Positions 1-9,780 are shown, counted from the stretch's first letter. The stretch: DNA of 64,000 nt from an uncultured Clostridia bacterium (GCA_947627755.1 CANQXD010000002.1:7512-71511); one strand, 5' to 3'. A program made the numbers and translations. The notes: a model not told the origin generated them from the sequence alone.

Positions 1-118
1 CTACAAACCAATCGTAAGAGTCTTTTTGGACTTTAATTAAGTTTGGCATTTCAATAAAATCGCCAATTTTTGCAAACGTTTTACGTGTGCATTTTTCGTG
101 TTTGATATCTTTTACCAA
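1..118 (-). CDS. rpoB: DNA-directed RNA polymerase subunit beta, first 39 codons only (gene runs off the left edge)
   Basis: Not in the ORF track because no stop lies in the window. Minus-strand reading from TTG 118-116 (AGGGGG about 7 nt upstream) gives LVKDIKHEKCTRKTFAKIGDFIEMPNLIKVQKDSYDWFV. The R-x-x-F-x-K-I ... MPNLI-x-VQ-x-x-SY-x-WF block is the conserved RpoB N-terminus. Confidence 0.6.
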   Translation of the reverse strand, partial: MVKDIKHEKCTRKTFAKIGDFIEMPNLIKVQKDSYDWFV

Positions 119-363
119 AACAAATACCCCCTATATTGAATTTAAAGCAGACTTAAAAATTTGAATAAAATTTATGTTTCAAAAGAAGTCCCTCTTGTTA
201 TCCCCTTTTTACTATAAGAAAATGTTCCTTTCCTGCTTACTTAAAGGCTTATTTCCCTAAGAAAAAAGAAATACAATTCCTCTTCTTTCTTAAAAATTTT
301 CATGAATTTTTTTATAATTACTTTTGTGTATTAAGATTATTTTAAAGTTTTGTGACGCAAAAA

Positions 364-402
364 GGCTAGTTGGCAGACTTTTTTAATTTTTTGCCAACTA
401 CC
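364..402 (-). terminator. Hairpin in the long rpoB upstream region (terminator or attenuator)
   Basis: GGCTAGTTGGCA...TGCCAACTACC, an 8-9 bp stem. The minus strand is followed by CTTTTTG. Confidence 0.4.
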
Positions 403-656
403 TTTACTTTTGTTTTTTATTTTTTTAAAGTTAACATTTCTCTTTTTATATTAACCAACCCCACTATTTTCTTGGTTTCTGAGCTAATATGCTTGTGTTA
501 TTTTTATATAAAGCAATAAAATGCCTTATACTATTTTAGTATAACCTATTTCCGTAGGGCTTGTCAATAGTTTTGGGAAAGAAATTTATGGTTTTTTGGC
601 AAAATTTTCTTTCCTAACTCAATAACTTTTTTTTCATTATCATTATATATAATAAA

Positions 657-688
657 CCCTACATAGAATTTTATTTTTCCATGTAGGG
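657..688 (-). terminator. Candidate terminator downstream of the Fic gene
   Basis: CCCTACAT...ATGTAGGG stem about 70 nt after the stop at 759. The U-tract is weak. Confidence 0.4.
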
Positions 689-758
689 CGGTTAAATTAA
701 AGATTTTTTATTATCATACTAAAAGATAAATCTATTATGATAAAACTTAATCCCATTA

Positions 759-1442
759 CTATTTTTCGCTATATCCAAATTTTTGCATTCTTTCTTTTTC
801 CTTTTTAGATAATTTTTCAAAAAATTCTGCTAATGCTGTTATATCTTGATTATTTAAAAATTCAAAATATTGTACTCTATCATCTTTTGAAATAACAATT
901 GGACTTACATTATTTTTTATCAACTCATAATTTAATAACAATCTACCAGTTCTTCCATTTCCATCTTCAAAAGGGTGTATTCTTTCAAATTCAATGTGAT
1001 ATTTAGCAATTTTAGAAAAAACATCTTGTTCATCATTATTATAATTATATATAAAGTAATTCATTAAATTTGGTATTTGCTTAGCTTCCGGTGGAATATA
1101 CTCAGTACCATTAATAAAAACTTGTACTTTTCTATATCCTTCACTATCCTTTATGTCTTTATTTATTGTTTCATTTAAATTTTTTATAAATCTTTCGTCA
1201 AAATCTTTACATTTTTTTAAATTTTCAAAAACAATTTCTAATGCTTTCTTATGATTAATAGCTTCATATATTTCTCTTGGCTCTCTTCCTTGTATTTTGA
1301 AACTATTATCATTATATAAAATAGCATAAGTTTCGGCGTAAGTTAAAGTACTTCCTTCAATTCCGTTCGAATGATATGTACTTCTTGTAATTAAATCTTC
1401 TAAATATTCTTTATTATTTAGAATGAACTCTAAAATTGTCAT
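759..1442 (-). CDS. Fic/DOC family protein (Fic domain with N-terminal auto-inhibition motif)
   Basis: HPFEDGNGRTGR matches the Fic motif HxFx(D/E)GNGRxxR. SNGIEG near the N-terminus matches (S/T)xxxE(G/N). Start moved from 1481 to ATG 1442 (MTILEF), which has GGAGAA upstream. Confidence 0.85.
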   Translation of the reverse strand: MTILEFILNNKEYLEDLITRSTYHSNGIEGSTLTYAETYAILYNDNSFKIQGREPREIYEAINHKKALEIVFENLKKCKDFDERFIKNLNETINKDIKDSEGYRKVQVFINGTEYIPPEAKQIPNLMNYFIYNYNNDEQDVFSKIAKYHIEFERIHPFEDGNGRTGRLLLNYELIKNNVSPIVISKDDRVQYFEFLNNQDITALAEFFEKLSKKEKERMQKFGYSEK

Positions 1443-1459
1443 TATTTTCTCCTTAAACT

Positions 1460-2734
1460 TTACTCTACTTTTTCTCCACAATTACTGCAAAACTTAGCAT
1501 CTTTTTCTAATTTTGTATTGCATTTTTTACAGAATTTTGGTTTTGGATTTCCACAATTTGCACAGAAGTTTCCTTCGTTTTCAACTCCACAATCGCATTT
1601 CCATTTAGTTGTTTCTGCTTTTTGTTCTTCATTTACTTGTGTATTTGCTGATTGTGTTGTGTCTGCTTGTTCTTGTGATAATTGTTGTTTATTTGCTTGT
1701 TGCTCTGCCTTTGCTTCTTCTTGCTTACTTAAATCCATACTACTTTTTTCTGTGTTTTGCCATACTCCTTGTACTGCTTGTCCCATTACATTTCCTGTTG
1801 ACATATTCATCATACCAATTCCCATAAAGCCATTCATAGCACCATTACTATTTTCTGCTGCGCTTTTTACTGCTTCTGAATATGCTTCTACCATCTTACC
1901 TTGTTGCATATAAGCATTTGAGCTTAATTCGTAATCGTCTATTTTCTTTTCTGATTCGTCATCTAAGGTAACAGATTCTACTGCAAAGCTATCTATTTTT
2001 ATTCCTCTTTCACGAATTTTTTCGTCAAATACTTTTTCATCCATCATTTGTCTAATTTCATCTGTTTGGCTTGGCATTTCTAGTACAGGTACTTTGTAGT
2101 TACTTGTTCCTAGTTCATTTGTTACATTTTGAAATACTGCTAATACTTCACTTCTTAATTGTTCTACTAATTGTGATTTACGATAGATATCGGCTGTTCC
2201 TGCAATTTTTGTCATAAATAATGCTGGGTTCATAATGCTAAATGTATAAGTTCCAAAGCATTTAATTTCTACTCTTAAGGGTGTAAGAGTGTTTGTCATT
2301 TGATTTGGAATTGGGTGTGACCAATCTTGAAATGGAATTGGTGCAGGTGTTCCAAATTTGTTATCAATAATTTCTTTAATATTAAAGAAGAATACGGCTT
2401 GTTCTTTTGCTGTTGCTCCATCAAATGTGAATCTTTGCCACATTTCTTTAAATACTGCTCCAAATTGTCCTCCGAAAAAAGATGGTGATGATGATTCATC
2501 AAAAGTGTAAAATCCATCTTCTGCTGTTGCATCAATTACTCTACCGTTATCATAAATAACAGCGCATTGTCCCGGTGCTACAATAATTGTACTTTTTTTT
2601 GTAATTACTCCTGTTTCTGTTGTTTTCTTTACCATTAAGACATCATTCGTCATATCATCACAACGAATTGCTTCCTTCCATTGGTCATGCAAAGTGCTTC
2701 CTATTGCATCTTTTGCTGCTTTAATTAATCCCAT
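1460..2734 (-). CDS. SPFH/band-7-like (YdjI-type) protein with Q/E/A-rich linker and C-terminal double zinc ribbon
   Basis: The N-terminus MGLIKAAKDAIGSTLHDQWKE resembles the YdjI/virion-core-like SPFH family. The C-terminus CDCG..CANCG..CKKC..CSNCG gives two CxxC zinc ribbons. A GGAGG RBS lies before the ATG. Confidence 0.7.
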   Translation of the reverse strand: MGLIKAAKDAIGSTLHDQWKEAIRCDDMTNDVLMVKKTTETGVITKKSTIIVAPGQCAVIYDNGRVIDATAEDGFYTFDESSSPSFFGGQFGAVFKEMWQRFTFDGATAKEQAVFFFNIKEIIDNKFGTPAPIPFQDWSHPIPNQMTNTLTPLRVEIKCFGTYTFSIMNPALFMTKIAGTADIYRKSQLVEQLRSEVLAVFQNVTNELGTSNYKVPVLEMPSQTDEIRQMMDEKVFDEKIRERGIKIDSFAVESVTLDDESEKKIDDYELSSNAYMQQGKMVEAYSEAVKSAAENSNGAMNGFMGIGMMNMSTGNVMGQAVQGVWQNTEKSSMDLSKQEEAKAEQQANKQQLSQEQADTTQSANTQVNEEQKAETTKWKCDCGVENEGNFCANCGNPKPKFCKKCNTKLEKDAKFCSNCGEKVE

Positions 2735-2768
2735 AATTTTTTCCTCCTATTCTTTTTTAAGGGCTGAT

Positions 2769-2814
2769 ACCAATTGTCCCAATTGGAACAATTGGGGACT
2801 GTCCCAAATTGTCC
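2769..2814. repeat. GGGAC-core repeat element (type C variant, nested palindromes)
   Basis: ACCAATTGTCCCAATTGGAACAATTGGGGACTGTCCCAAATTGTCC. Contains GTCCCAATTG/CAATTGGGGAC and GGGGACTGTCCC inverted repeats. Ends 4 nt from the stop of the 2819..3766 gene. Confidence 0.7.
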
Positions 2815-2818
2815 TTTT

Positions 2819-3766
2819 TTAATTTCTTAGTGGCTCTAAGCCAGATAATACCCACGTGTTAGCACCTGTTGTAATTATGCTTCCACAATATGGACATTTT
2901 CCTGCTGACGTAATTTGTGTTGGCGCTCCACAGTTTGGACAGTTAGTAGTTTTTACTTGTTCTGCTCCTTCTTGTGTTAGCACCCCTGTTTTTCTTTCAA
3001 AGGTCATTTTATAGACTGTTGTTCTATCTTGTGTTTTGCTTCCTTCTAGTAGTTCTTTTGTAGTTGCATCTATAATGTAGTCTTTCATAGTAGATTTTAA
3101 TGCAATTTCTAAAATGTCCCTATCGCCTTCTTGTCTAAATTTATAAATTGTTGCATAATTTACTGCAATACGGTCCATTACGTTGATACGATTGGTGTCT
3201 ATATAACCTTGTACTTGGTTTTTGTGTTGTTCAAATAAACTTTCTGTTTCAAATGGTCTCATTGGTTCCCAGTCTCTTGCTGTCCATGCATTTTGTAATT
3301 TCACAAATAAATCTTTTGCCCAAGATAACATTTTTTCTTCTGAGAAGTTTGGATCTATTTGCTTAATTTGGTCTACGTAAATGTGTGATTGGCTAACATC
3401 TACTATTGGTGTATGTCTTACTGCTTGATTTCTATAGTATGGTATGTTTCTTGGCCCCCTTGGTCCTGTATTTCTGCTTTTGATTACTCTTATTATAATG
3501 TAAATGATGATAATAAGAAAAGCTCCTCTTCCTACATTGTTTCCTAATAGCCATCCAATTAAGAAAAATAAGTCACCACTGGAACTTGAGCTGCTTGAAC
3601 TCCAGTCAGAGTCCCAATCGGAATCCCAACTAGAAGAACTAGAACTCCAAGAAGAACCTCCGCTATCATAGCGGTCAAAACTTCCTACATCTGCAAACGA
3701 TAAGGTGTGCAAAGCAAAAATAAGTACAATGCTTAGAATAAAAATTCCTATTTTTCTTTTTTTCAT
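2819..3766 (-). CDS. Membrane protein with Ser/Trp/Asp-rich segment, Tim44-like C-terminal region and zinc ribbon
   Basis: Signal/TM MKKRKIGIFILSIVLIFALHTLSFA, then the low-complexity stretch SSWSSSSSSWDSDWDSDWSSSSSSSSG, then a second TM. The C-terminus has CPNCG-x13-CPYCG. The Tim44-like assignment rests on pattern memory only. Confidence 0.55.
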   Translation of the reverse strand: MKKRKIGIFILSIVLIFALHTLSFADVGSFDRYDSGGSSWSSSSSSWDSDWDSDWSSSSSSSSGDLFFLIGWLLGNNVGRGAFLIIIIYIIIRVIKSRNTGPRGPRNIPYYRNQAVRHTPIVDVSQSHIYVDQIKQIDPNFSEEKMLSWAKDLFVKLQNAWTARDWEPMRPFETESLFEQHKNQVQGYIDTNRINVMDRIAVNYATIYKFRQEGDRDILEIALKSTMKDYIIDATTKELLEGSKTQDRTTVYKMTFERKTGVLTQEGAEQVKTTNCPNCGAPTQITSAGKCPYCGSIITTGANTWVLSGLEPLRN

Positions 3767-4020
3767 TTGTTTTGCCTCCTCTTATGTTTTATTTTTTATT
3801 ATATTTACGTTTGTTTCCTATACTTTAATCATACACTTTTTTAGGGAATTTTGTCAATCGTTTTTTATTACCTGTTTTGGTGAACAGAGGAAAAAAGAGG
3901 TCTCCAAAAATAGGTTTGACATTTTACTTTTCTTATATTAGAATAGATTTCGATTTTAGTAATAGATTTATTCTTATATTGTAAAAATTAGTTAGTAATT
4001 TATTTAGAAGGAGTTTCATT

Positions 4021-4512
4021 ATGATAAAAAAATATTTATTAGTTTTTTTAGTATCTATGATACCACTAATTGAATTAAGAGGTGCTGTTCCTATTGGCTT
4101 AAGTACTCTTTTAGGCGACCCCCTTCCTTTGATTCCTCTTTACATTATTTGCATTATAGGAAATATGCTTCCTGTTCCTATTATCTTTTTCTTTGCAAGA
4201 AAAGTTTTGTTATGGGGTGCAAATAAAAAATTTATAGGGAAGTTCTTCCGCTTCTGCATTGAAAAGGGCGAAAAAGGCGGTAAGAAGTTACAAGAAACTG
4301 CAGGCTCAGGATTATATTTTGCCTTGTTTCTTTTTGTAGGAATTCCTCTTCCTGGAACAGGGGCTTGGACAGGAACGCTTGCTGCTAGCTTTTTAGATAT
4401 GGACTTTAAGAAAAGTGTTATTGCTGTTATGGCAGGTGTTATTTTAGCCGGTATTATTATGGGGCTAGCTTCTGCTGGCGTTTTCGGTGCTTTAGGTGCA
4501 ATGATTAGTTAA
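4021..4512 (+). CDS. Small multidrug-export-like membrane protein (COG2426 family)
   Basis: 163 aa and polytopic. The N-terminal MIPLIELRGAVPIG motif is typical of this family. RBS GAAGGAG lies upstream and a terminator follows. Confidence 0.7.
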   Translation: MIKKYLLVFLVSMIPLIELRGAVPIGLSTLLGDPLPLIPLYIICIIGNMLPVPIIFFFARKVLLWGANKKFIGKFFRFCIEKGEKGGKKLQETAGSGLYFALFLFVGIPLPGTGAWTGTLAASFLDMDFKKSVIAVMAGVILAGIIMGLASAGVFGALGAMIS

Positions 4513-4533
4513 AGAAATTATTTTATCTTCGCC

Positions 4534-4566
4534 AAAAAATCGGTAGTGTTTTACTACCGATTTTTT
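4534..4566. terminator. Rho-independent terminator (bidirectional, between convergent genes)
   Basis: AAAAAATCGGTAGTGTTTTACTACCGATTTTTT. Confidence 0.8.
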
Positions 4567-4619
4567 AGGTTAAAAGGAGTTTTTATTTTATATTAAAAAA
4601 TTGTTTTTCCTATTAAAAT

Positions 4620-4701
4620 GGACCTCACAAATGGCAATTTTAGCATTTTTTTGAAGGGGTGTCCCCAGCGTTCCAAAATGGAACGAAAAGGGGCGTCCCT
4701 A
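4620..4701 (-). repeat. GGGAC-core repeat element (type C)
   Basis: Minus strand: TAG GGACGCCCCTTTTCGTTCCATTTTGGAACGCTGGGGACACCCC...ATTGCCATTTGTGAGGTCC. Shares the 22-mer TGGAACGAAAAGGGGCGTCCCT with 57361-57382. Overlaps the histidine kinase stop codon. Confidence 0.8.
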
Positions 4702-6762
4702 CTGTTCGCGTTTGAATTTTAAGATTACTTTGAATAAGTCTCCATCTAGGTAGATTTGGAAGGTTCCTTGTTGTAATTCTGTTAAGCTTTGTGCTATGGA
4801 TAGGCCTAATCCGCTTCCTTCTGTGTTTCTAGAAGATTCTCCTCTTACAAAACGCTCCATTAATTCTTCTGCTGAAATGTTTAGTTTTTCTTTTGATATA
4901 TTTTTTACGTTGATTTCTACTATTTCTTGTTCCAATAACACATCTACATATACTCGCGATTTTGGAAGTGCATATTTTACAATATTAGAATATAAATTTT
5001 CTATTACGCGGTACAAGTAACGACTATCGGCTGTTATTGTAACGTTTTCTTCTGGTAGATTTAATAATAAGTCTAATTTTTTTTCTTTTAGTTTGTCTTC
5101 AAATTCGCCAGATACTTGTTTTATTAGTTCCTTTACATCTAATTTTTCCATATTTAATTTGATGCTTCCAGATGAAGCTTTAGATGCTTCCACTAAGTCT
5201 TCTGTTAAATGCTTTAATCTTTGCGATTTTTGGTCTAATATGGTTAAGTATTCTTCTGCCTTTTTATTTGGCATTTTTTCTTTTTTTAGTAAGTCTACAT
5301 AGTTAATAATAGAGGTTAGTGGTGTTTTTATATCATGTGATACATTGGTAATTAATTCTGTTTTCATCCTTTCGCTTTTTAAGCTTTTGTTAATAGCAGT
5401 TTGTAGACCTCCTGCAATGTCGTTTAAGTAAATGCATAATTGTTTTAGTTCTCCTGTGTATTGACTTTCATCCAAATGAACTTGTGTATTTCCTTCGTAT
5501 AATTCTTTTATAGTTTCTTTTATTTTCTTTATTTTTTTTAGGTATTGAAATGCCCAATAGAACATGACACCCCATAGTGCAAGTGTAAACAATAACATTC
5601 CTGGTCCTAATGCTATAATTAAAGATACGCTAAATAATAGTATTAAACTATATCCAATAATTACAATTGCTATTTCTAAAGACAAACTAATATTATTAGA
5701 AATGTTATTGACACCCTTTTGTATGAATTTATAGATTCGATATATTATAGTGTTTTTCAATAAGGTATGTGTTTTTATTCTTTTTACAGTAGTTAAGTAA
5801 AATAACATTCCAACTACATAATAGATTGCAACTAATCCTATTATGATTATGCCAATAAAATCAATTTTATCAGTACGCATACCTTGAAAATTGTCTATTA
5901 GAACTAAGGCAATTCCTGTTGCAAAAAATAGAAAGGCAAGTACGAATTCATAAGGTATTTTGTCTAGCACATCTAGTTCAATTTCTTGCTTTCCTCTTTT
6001 CTTTCCTGCATAAGTGGTTATAAGAATCATATATAAAAAAATAAGAATAATATTTATTATAAGCGTAATGATAGCAATTTCATAAAGAGGAAATACATTA
6101 TCATGTAAAATTTTATAATTGTAATAATAGTCTTTATATGGCAAAGGGTCTTGTATTCCTGTATAAATAGTGCAATCATATTGTTTTAAGTCTGTATATG
6201 GAGATTGATATGCAATATTTTCAAGTGATAATAATGAAACATTGGTATTTACATTTCCTTGCTCATAACTCCAAAAATAGGAGTAATTATTTAACTCATT
6301 TTTGATTTCTTCTGTGGTGTCTGTACTTAGTGTTTGACTTACATTGGTTATAGCTTCTTTCGTTTTATTATCTATAATTAAAAATTTTAGGTTTTTATTT
6401 TGTAAATAGTTTTTATAATAGATTTTCTGTCCTTGCACATTACTTTCTACAACGTCATAATAATTTGGTATATATAAAGTGTATTCATTATTTTGTATTA
6501 TGTTTGTTACCTCTCCTACATTTTGATATTCAACCTGTACTTCTTTTCGATAACTTGCTTCTACATTATTGATAATAGATTCTTTATATAAGTTTGCAAA
6601 TTGCTTAGATTCAAAGAAGTTATACTCTTTTACGCTTGTGTCTTCTTGCTCATAATACCATATAGAAACAATGGATCTCAAAATTGAAAATATAGCAAGT
6701 GGAATAAGAATATAGCAAATTGTGCGAATTAATGCTGCATATTTATTGGGCGTTTTTTGCAT
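4699..6762 (-). CDS. Sensor histidine kinase (multi-TM sensor, HisKA plus HATPase_c)
   Basis: H-box SHDIKTPLTSI, N-box/ATP lid region and G-box GSGLGLSIAQ are present, with several TM helices. The start overlaps the response regulator stop. Confidence 0.9.
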   Translation of the reverse strand: MQKTPNKYAALIRTICYILIPLAIFSILRSIVSIWYYEQEDTSVKEYNFFESKQFANLYKESIINNVEASYRKEVQVEYQNVGEVTNIIQNNEYTLYIPNYYDVVESNVQGQKIYYKNYLQNKNLKFLIIDNKTKEAITNVSQTLSTDTTEEIKNELNNYSYFWSYEQGNVNTNVSLLSLENIAYQSPYTDLKQYDCTIYTGIQDPLPYKDYYYNYKILHDNVFPLYEIAIITLIINIILIFLYMILITTYAGKKRGKQEIELDVLDKIPYEFVLAFLFFATGIALVLIDNFQGMRTDKIDFIGIIIIGLVAIYYVVGMLFYLTTVKRIKTHTLLKNTIIYRIYKFIQKGVNNISNNISLSLEIAIVIIGYSLILLFSVSLIIALGPGMLLFTLALWGVMFYWAFQYLKKIKKIKETIKELYEGNTQVHLDESQYTGELKQLCIYLNDIAGGLQTAINKSLKSERMKTELITNVSHDIKTPLTSIINYVDLLKKEKMPNKKAEEYLTILDQKSQRLKHLTEDLVEASKASSGSIKLNMEKLDVKELIKQVSGEFEDKLKEKKLDLLLNLPEENVTITADSRYLYRVIENLYSNIVKYALPKSRVYVDVLLEQEIVEINVKNISKEKLNISAEELMERFVRGESSRNTEGSGLGLSIAQSLTELQQGTFQIYLDGDLFKVILKFKREQ

Positions 6763-7471
6763 GTTTTGGTACCTCCTCTATTTTTTCTATTTTATATCCT
6801 ATTCCCCAAATGACTTTCAAGTATTTTGGCTCTTTTGGGTTAATTTCGATTTTTTCTCGAATGTGCCTAATATGTACTGCAATGATATTGTCTGCACCAT
6901 AAGCCTCGTCTTCCCAAACATTTTCATAAATTTGGTTAATGGAATATACTTTTCCTTTGTTTTTCGTTAGAAATTTTAGAATGTTGTATTCTGTTGGCGT
7001 TAGTTTTATTTCTTTTCCTTCTACTTCTACTTGTTTTGTATCGTCATTTATGATTAAGTCTCCTGTTTGGTAAATTGTGCCTTCTTCTTTTTTCTGAAAA
7101 GAACCTAACGAAGTGTATCTTCTAATTTGTGAGTTGACTCTTGCAATTAGCTCTACAGGATTGAATGGCTTGGTTACATAGTCATCTGCCCCATTATTTA
7201 AGCCTGCTACTTTGTCGTAATCTTCAGATTTTGCAGATAGCATAATAATAGGCACTGCTTTTGTTTCTCTTATTTTACTTGCGGTTGTCATACCATCCAT
7301 TTTTGGCATCATTATATCTAAAATCACTAAGTGAATTTCTTCTTTTTCCATCATGTCTAATGCTTCTTTTCCATTGTAAGCTTTGAATATTTTGTAACCT
7401 TCTTTGGCTAAATAAATTTCAATGGCATTTACAATTTCTTTATCATCATCACAAACTAAAATATTATACAT
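6743..7471 (-). CDS. OmpR-family response regulator
   Basis: Receiver domain MYNILVCDDDKEI...LDIMMPKMDG and a winged-helix C-terminus (LTPTEYNILKFL...IWGIGYK). Confidence 0.9.
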   Translation of the reverse strand: MYNILVCDDDKEIVNAIEIYLAKEGYKIFKAYNGKEALDMMEKEEIHLVILDIMMPKMDGMTTASKIRETKAVPIIMLSAKSEDYDKVAGLNNGADDYVTKPFNPVELIARVNSQIRRYTSLGSFQKKEEGTIYQTGDLIINDDTKQVEVEGKEIKLTPTEYNILKFLTKNKGKVYSINQIYENVWEDEAYGADNIIAVHIRHIREKIEINPKEPKYLKVIWGIGYKIEKIEEVPKHAKNAQ

Positions 7472-7672
7472 TTTTTCTTTCCTTCCTTTGCTTTGTATGC
7501 ATTTTTAACTTAATTTTTTGCTTCTTATTTGTTTGTACTTTTCGGCACAATGTGTTTTTCTGTTTTCTAGTATAACATACATTTCTTAAGAAAAAAGTAT
7601 TTGGTTTCTTAAGGTTTTATTAAGAAAAATATCTTGTCTTACTATATTCTTTTTATTTTATTATAAAAAGAA

Positions 7673-7709
7673 AGCGCATTCTAAATATTCCTTAGTTATT
7701 AGAATGCGT
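7673..7709 (-). terminator. Rho-independent terminator after the AI-2E transporter gene
   Basis: CGCATTCTA...TAGAATGCG 9-bp stem. The minus strand is followed by a T-rich run. Confidence 0.6.
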
Positions 7710-7714
7710 ATTTT

Positions 7715-8848
7715 TTATTCTTGTATTCTATTTTGTTCTCTATATTCTATAAAATCTTCTATTAGAACTTTCACTATTGCAATGACTGGCACTGCTAAAA
7801 ACATTCCAACTATTCCGAAATATGCTCCTCCAATGGTAACTGCAAGAATAACTAAAATTGGATTGATTTTTAGAGAGTTTCCTACAATTTTAGGGTTTAT
7901 AATGTTGGCATCAATTTGTTGTAAAATGGTTACAATAATTAACATCCAGATTGCTTGAGATAAGCCTCCTGTAAGCAAAGTAATAATTGCTGCAATAACT
8001 ACTGCAATAATTGCTCCTATGTATGGAATTAAGTTGAAAATTCCTATCATAAAGCCTAATAATACTGCATATTTTACTCCTAATATGCTCATGGCAATAG
8101 ATGTTAAAATTCCTACCACAACGGCATCTAAAAATTGGCTTGATAGGAAGTGAAAGAAAATTTCATTTGTTCTATGAAAATATTTATCCAAATTTTGATA
8201 TGCTTTTTTATTGAATATAGAGCCTGCCAATCTTCTAAAGAAGGTTAAGATTTCTGTTCGACTATTTAGAACATAGATGGAAACTACTAGTGCAACGAAT
8301 ATGTCAAATATTCCACTTGCAAAACTAATGGCTCCTTGAGCATATTGTGTTAGTACATCCACATTTATAATTTGCTTAATATCTATATTTTCTAGTTCTT
8401 TTACTACTCTTGTAATGACTTCTGTTTTCCAAAAGGAGTCCTCTGGAAGTTCATTGATTTTCGATACAGCTGTTTCATAATAAGAAGTAAAATTATTGGT
8501 TAAGTCAATAATGCTCTGCACAATTGGTGGTACAATGAAATTGATTAAAATTACCAATAAAATTAGTGCAATTAAATATACGGTAAAAATACTTAATGGT
8601 CTTGCCTTTTTTGAGATGATAGATATTTTTTTACTTTTTTTATAAGTTATTTCTACTTTTTTGCAAGGAATGTATAAGATGTAGGCTATTAAAACTCCTG
8701 CAGCAAAAGGAGCAAGTATATTTAATAAATTTTGCACCCATCCCATAATTTGTCCTAAGCTATCTATGGTTTTATAGACAAAGATAGTAGCAATAGCAAA
8801 TGTAAACCAATATAACCATTTTGCCCAATTTTTTGTTTTTTTCTCCAT
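7715..8848 (-). CDS. AI-2E family transporter (PerM/YtvI-like permease)
   Basis: 377 aa polytopic membrane protein. The C-terminal pattern NLIPYIG...INPILVILA...GIVGMFLAVP is typical of the AI-2E family. Confidence 0.8.
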   Translation of the reverse strand: MEKKTKNWAKWLYWFTFAIATIFVYKTIDSLGQIMGWVQNLLNILAPFAAGVLIAYILYIPCKKVEITYKKSKKISIISKKARPLSIFTVYLIALILLVILINFIVPPIVQSIIDLTNNFTSYYETAVSKINELPEDSFWKTEVITRVVKELENIDIKQIINVDVLTQYAQGAISFASGIFDIFVALVVSIYVLNSRTEILTFFRRLAGSIFNKKAYQNLDKYFHRTNEIFFHFLSSQFLDAVVVGILTSIAMSILGVKYAVLLGFMIGIFNLIPYIGAIIAVVIAAIITLLTGGLSQAIWMLIIVTILQQIDANIINPKIVGNSLKINPILVILAVTIGGAYFGIVGMFLAVPVIAIVKVLIEDFIEYREQNRIQE

Positions 8849-8876
8849 TTTAAATTATATTCCTTTCTTTCCCTCT

Positions 8877-9632
8877 TCAAAGTTCAATGTCTAATTCTAC
8901 TGGGCAGTGGTCACTTCCAAGTATATTAGCATGAATTTTACTGTCTTTTATTTTGTCTTGGATGGAGTTTGAGGTGATAAAATAATCTATTCTCCATCCT
9001 ACGTTTTTTTCTCTTGCTTTCATCATATACGACCACCATGTATAAGCATTTTCTTTTTCTGGATACAAATAACGGAAGGTATCTGTAAAGCCTGCTTGTA
9101 ATAACTGCGTCATTTTGTTTCTTTCTTCATCAGTGAAACCTGCATTGTTATGATTTGTTTTTGGATTTTTTAGGTCTATTTCTTTATGTGCTACGTTAAA
9201 GTCTCCACAATAGATAACTGGTTTCTTTTTATTTAAGGAAAGTAAGTATTTTCTTATTTCATCTTCCCATATCATACGATAGTCTAATCTTTCTAATTCT
9301 CGCTTAGAATTTGGAGTATAACAATTTACAAGATAAAATTTCTCAAACTCTAATGTTATGACTCTTCCTTCTTGGTCATGTTCTTCTTTTCCTATTCCAT
9401 AAGTAACGTTTAATGGTTTCTTTTTTGTGAAGATTGCTGTTCCTGAATAACCTTTTTTTACAGCACTATTCCAATATTGGTAATATCCATCTAATATAAG
9501 TTCTATTTGGCCTTCTTGCATTTTTGTTTCTTGAATACTAAAAATATCGGCATCGATTTCTTGAAAGAAATCCATAAATCCTTTATTTAATATGGCTCTT
9601 AAACCGTTTACATTCCAAGATATTAGTTTCAT
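8877..9632 (-). CDS. xth: Exodeoxyribonuclease III
   Basis: MKLISWNVNGLRA N-terminus, QETK, and C-terminal GSDHCPV are signature blocks of the ExoIII/APE1 family. Confidence 0.9.
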   Translation of the reverse strand: MKLISWNVNGLRAILNKGFMDFFQEIDADIFSIQETKMQEGQIELILDGYYQYWNSAVKKGYSGTAIFTKKKPLNVTYGIGKEEHDQEGRVITLEFEKFYLVNCYTPNSKRELERLDYRMIWEDEIRKYLLSLNKKKPVIYCGDFNVAHKEIDLKNPKTNHNNAGFTDEERNKMTQLLQAGFTDTFRYLYPEKENAYTWWSYMMKAREKNVGWRIDYFITSNSIQDKIKDSKIHANILGSDHCPVELDIEL

Positions 9633-9780
9633 TATAAGTTTTCCTCCCTATTATTGTTTTATATTATAGCATGTTTCTAGGTTTACTACAAGTAGAATAA
9701 AAAAAGAACAGTAGGGAACTATTTTTATATAATTTGCAATAGTAATGCTAATTTTTTTGAGGTCTACTTTTTATAACAAC

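Noticed and set aside
1518-1913. Plus-strand ORFs overlapping minus-strand genes (for example 1518..1913, 9911..10264, 16501..17115, 31944..32468, 43267..43809, 45011..45343).
   Set aside because: They are antisense shadows of well-supported genes. Their composition is Phe/Leu/Ser/Cys-rich and low-complexity, they lack ribosome-binding sites, and I recognise no motifs in them.
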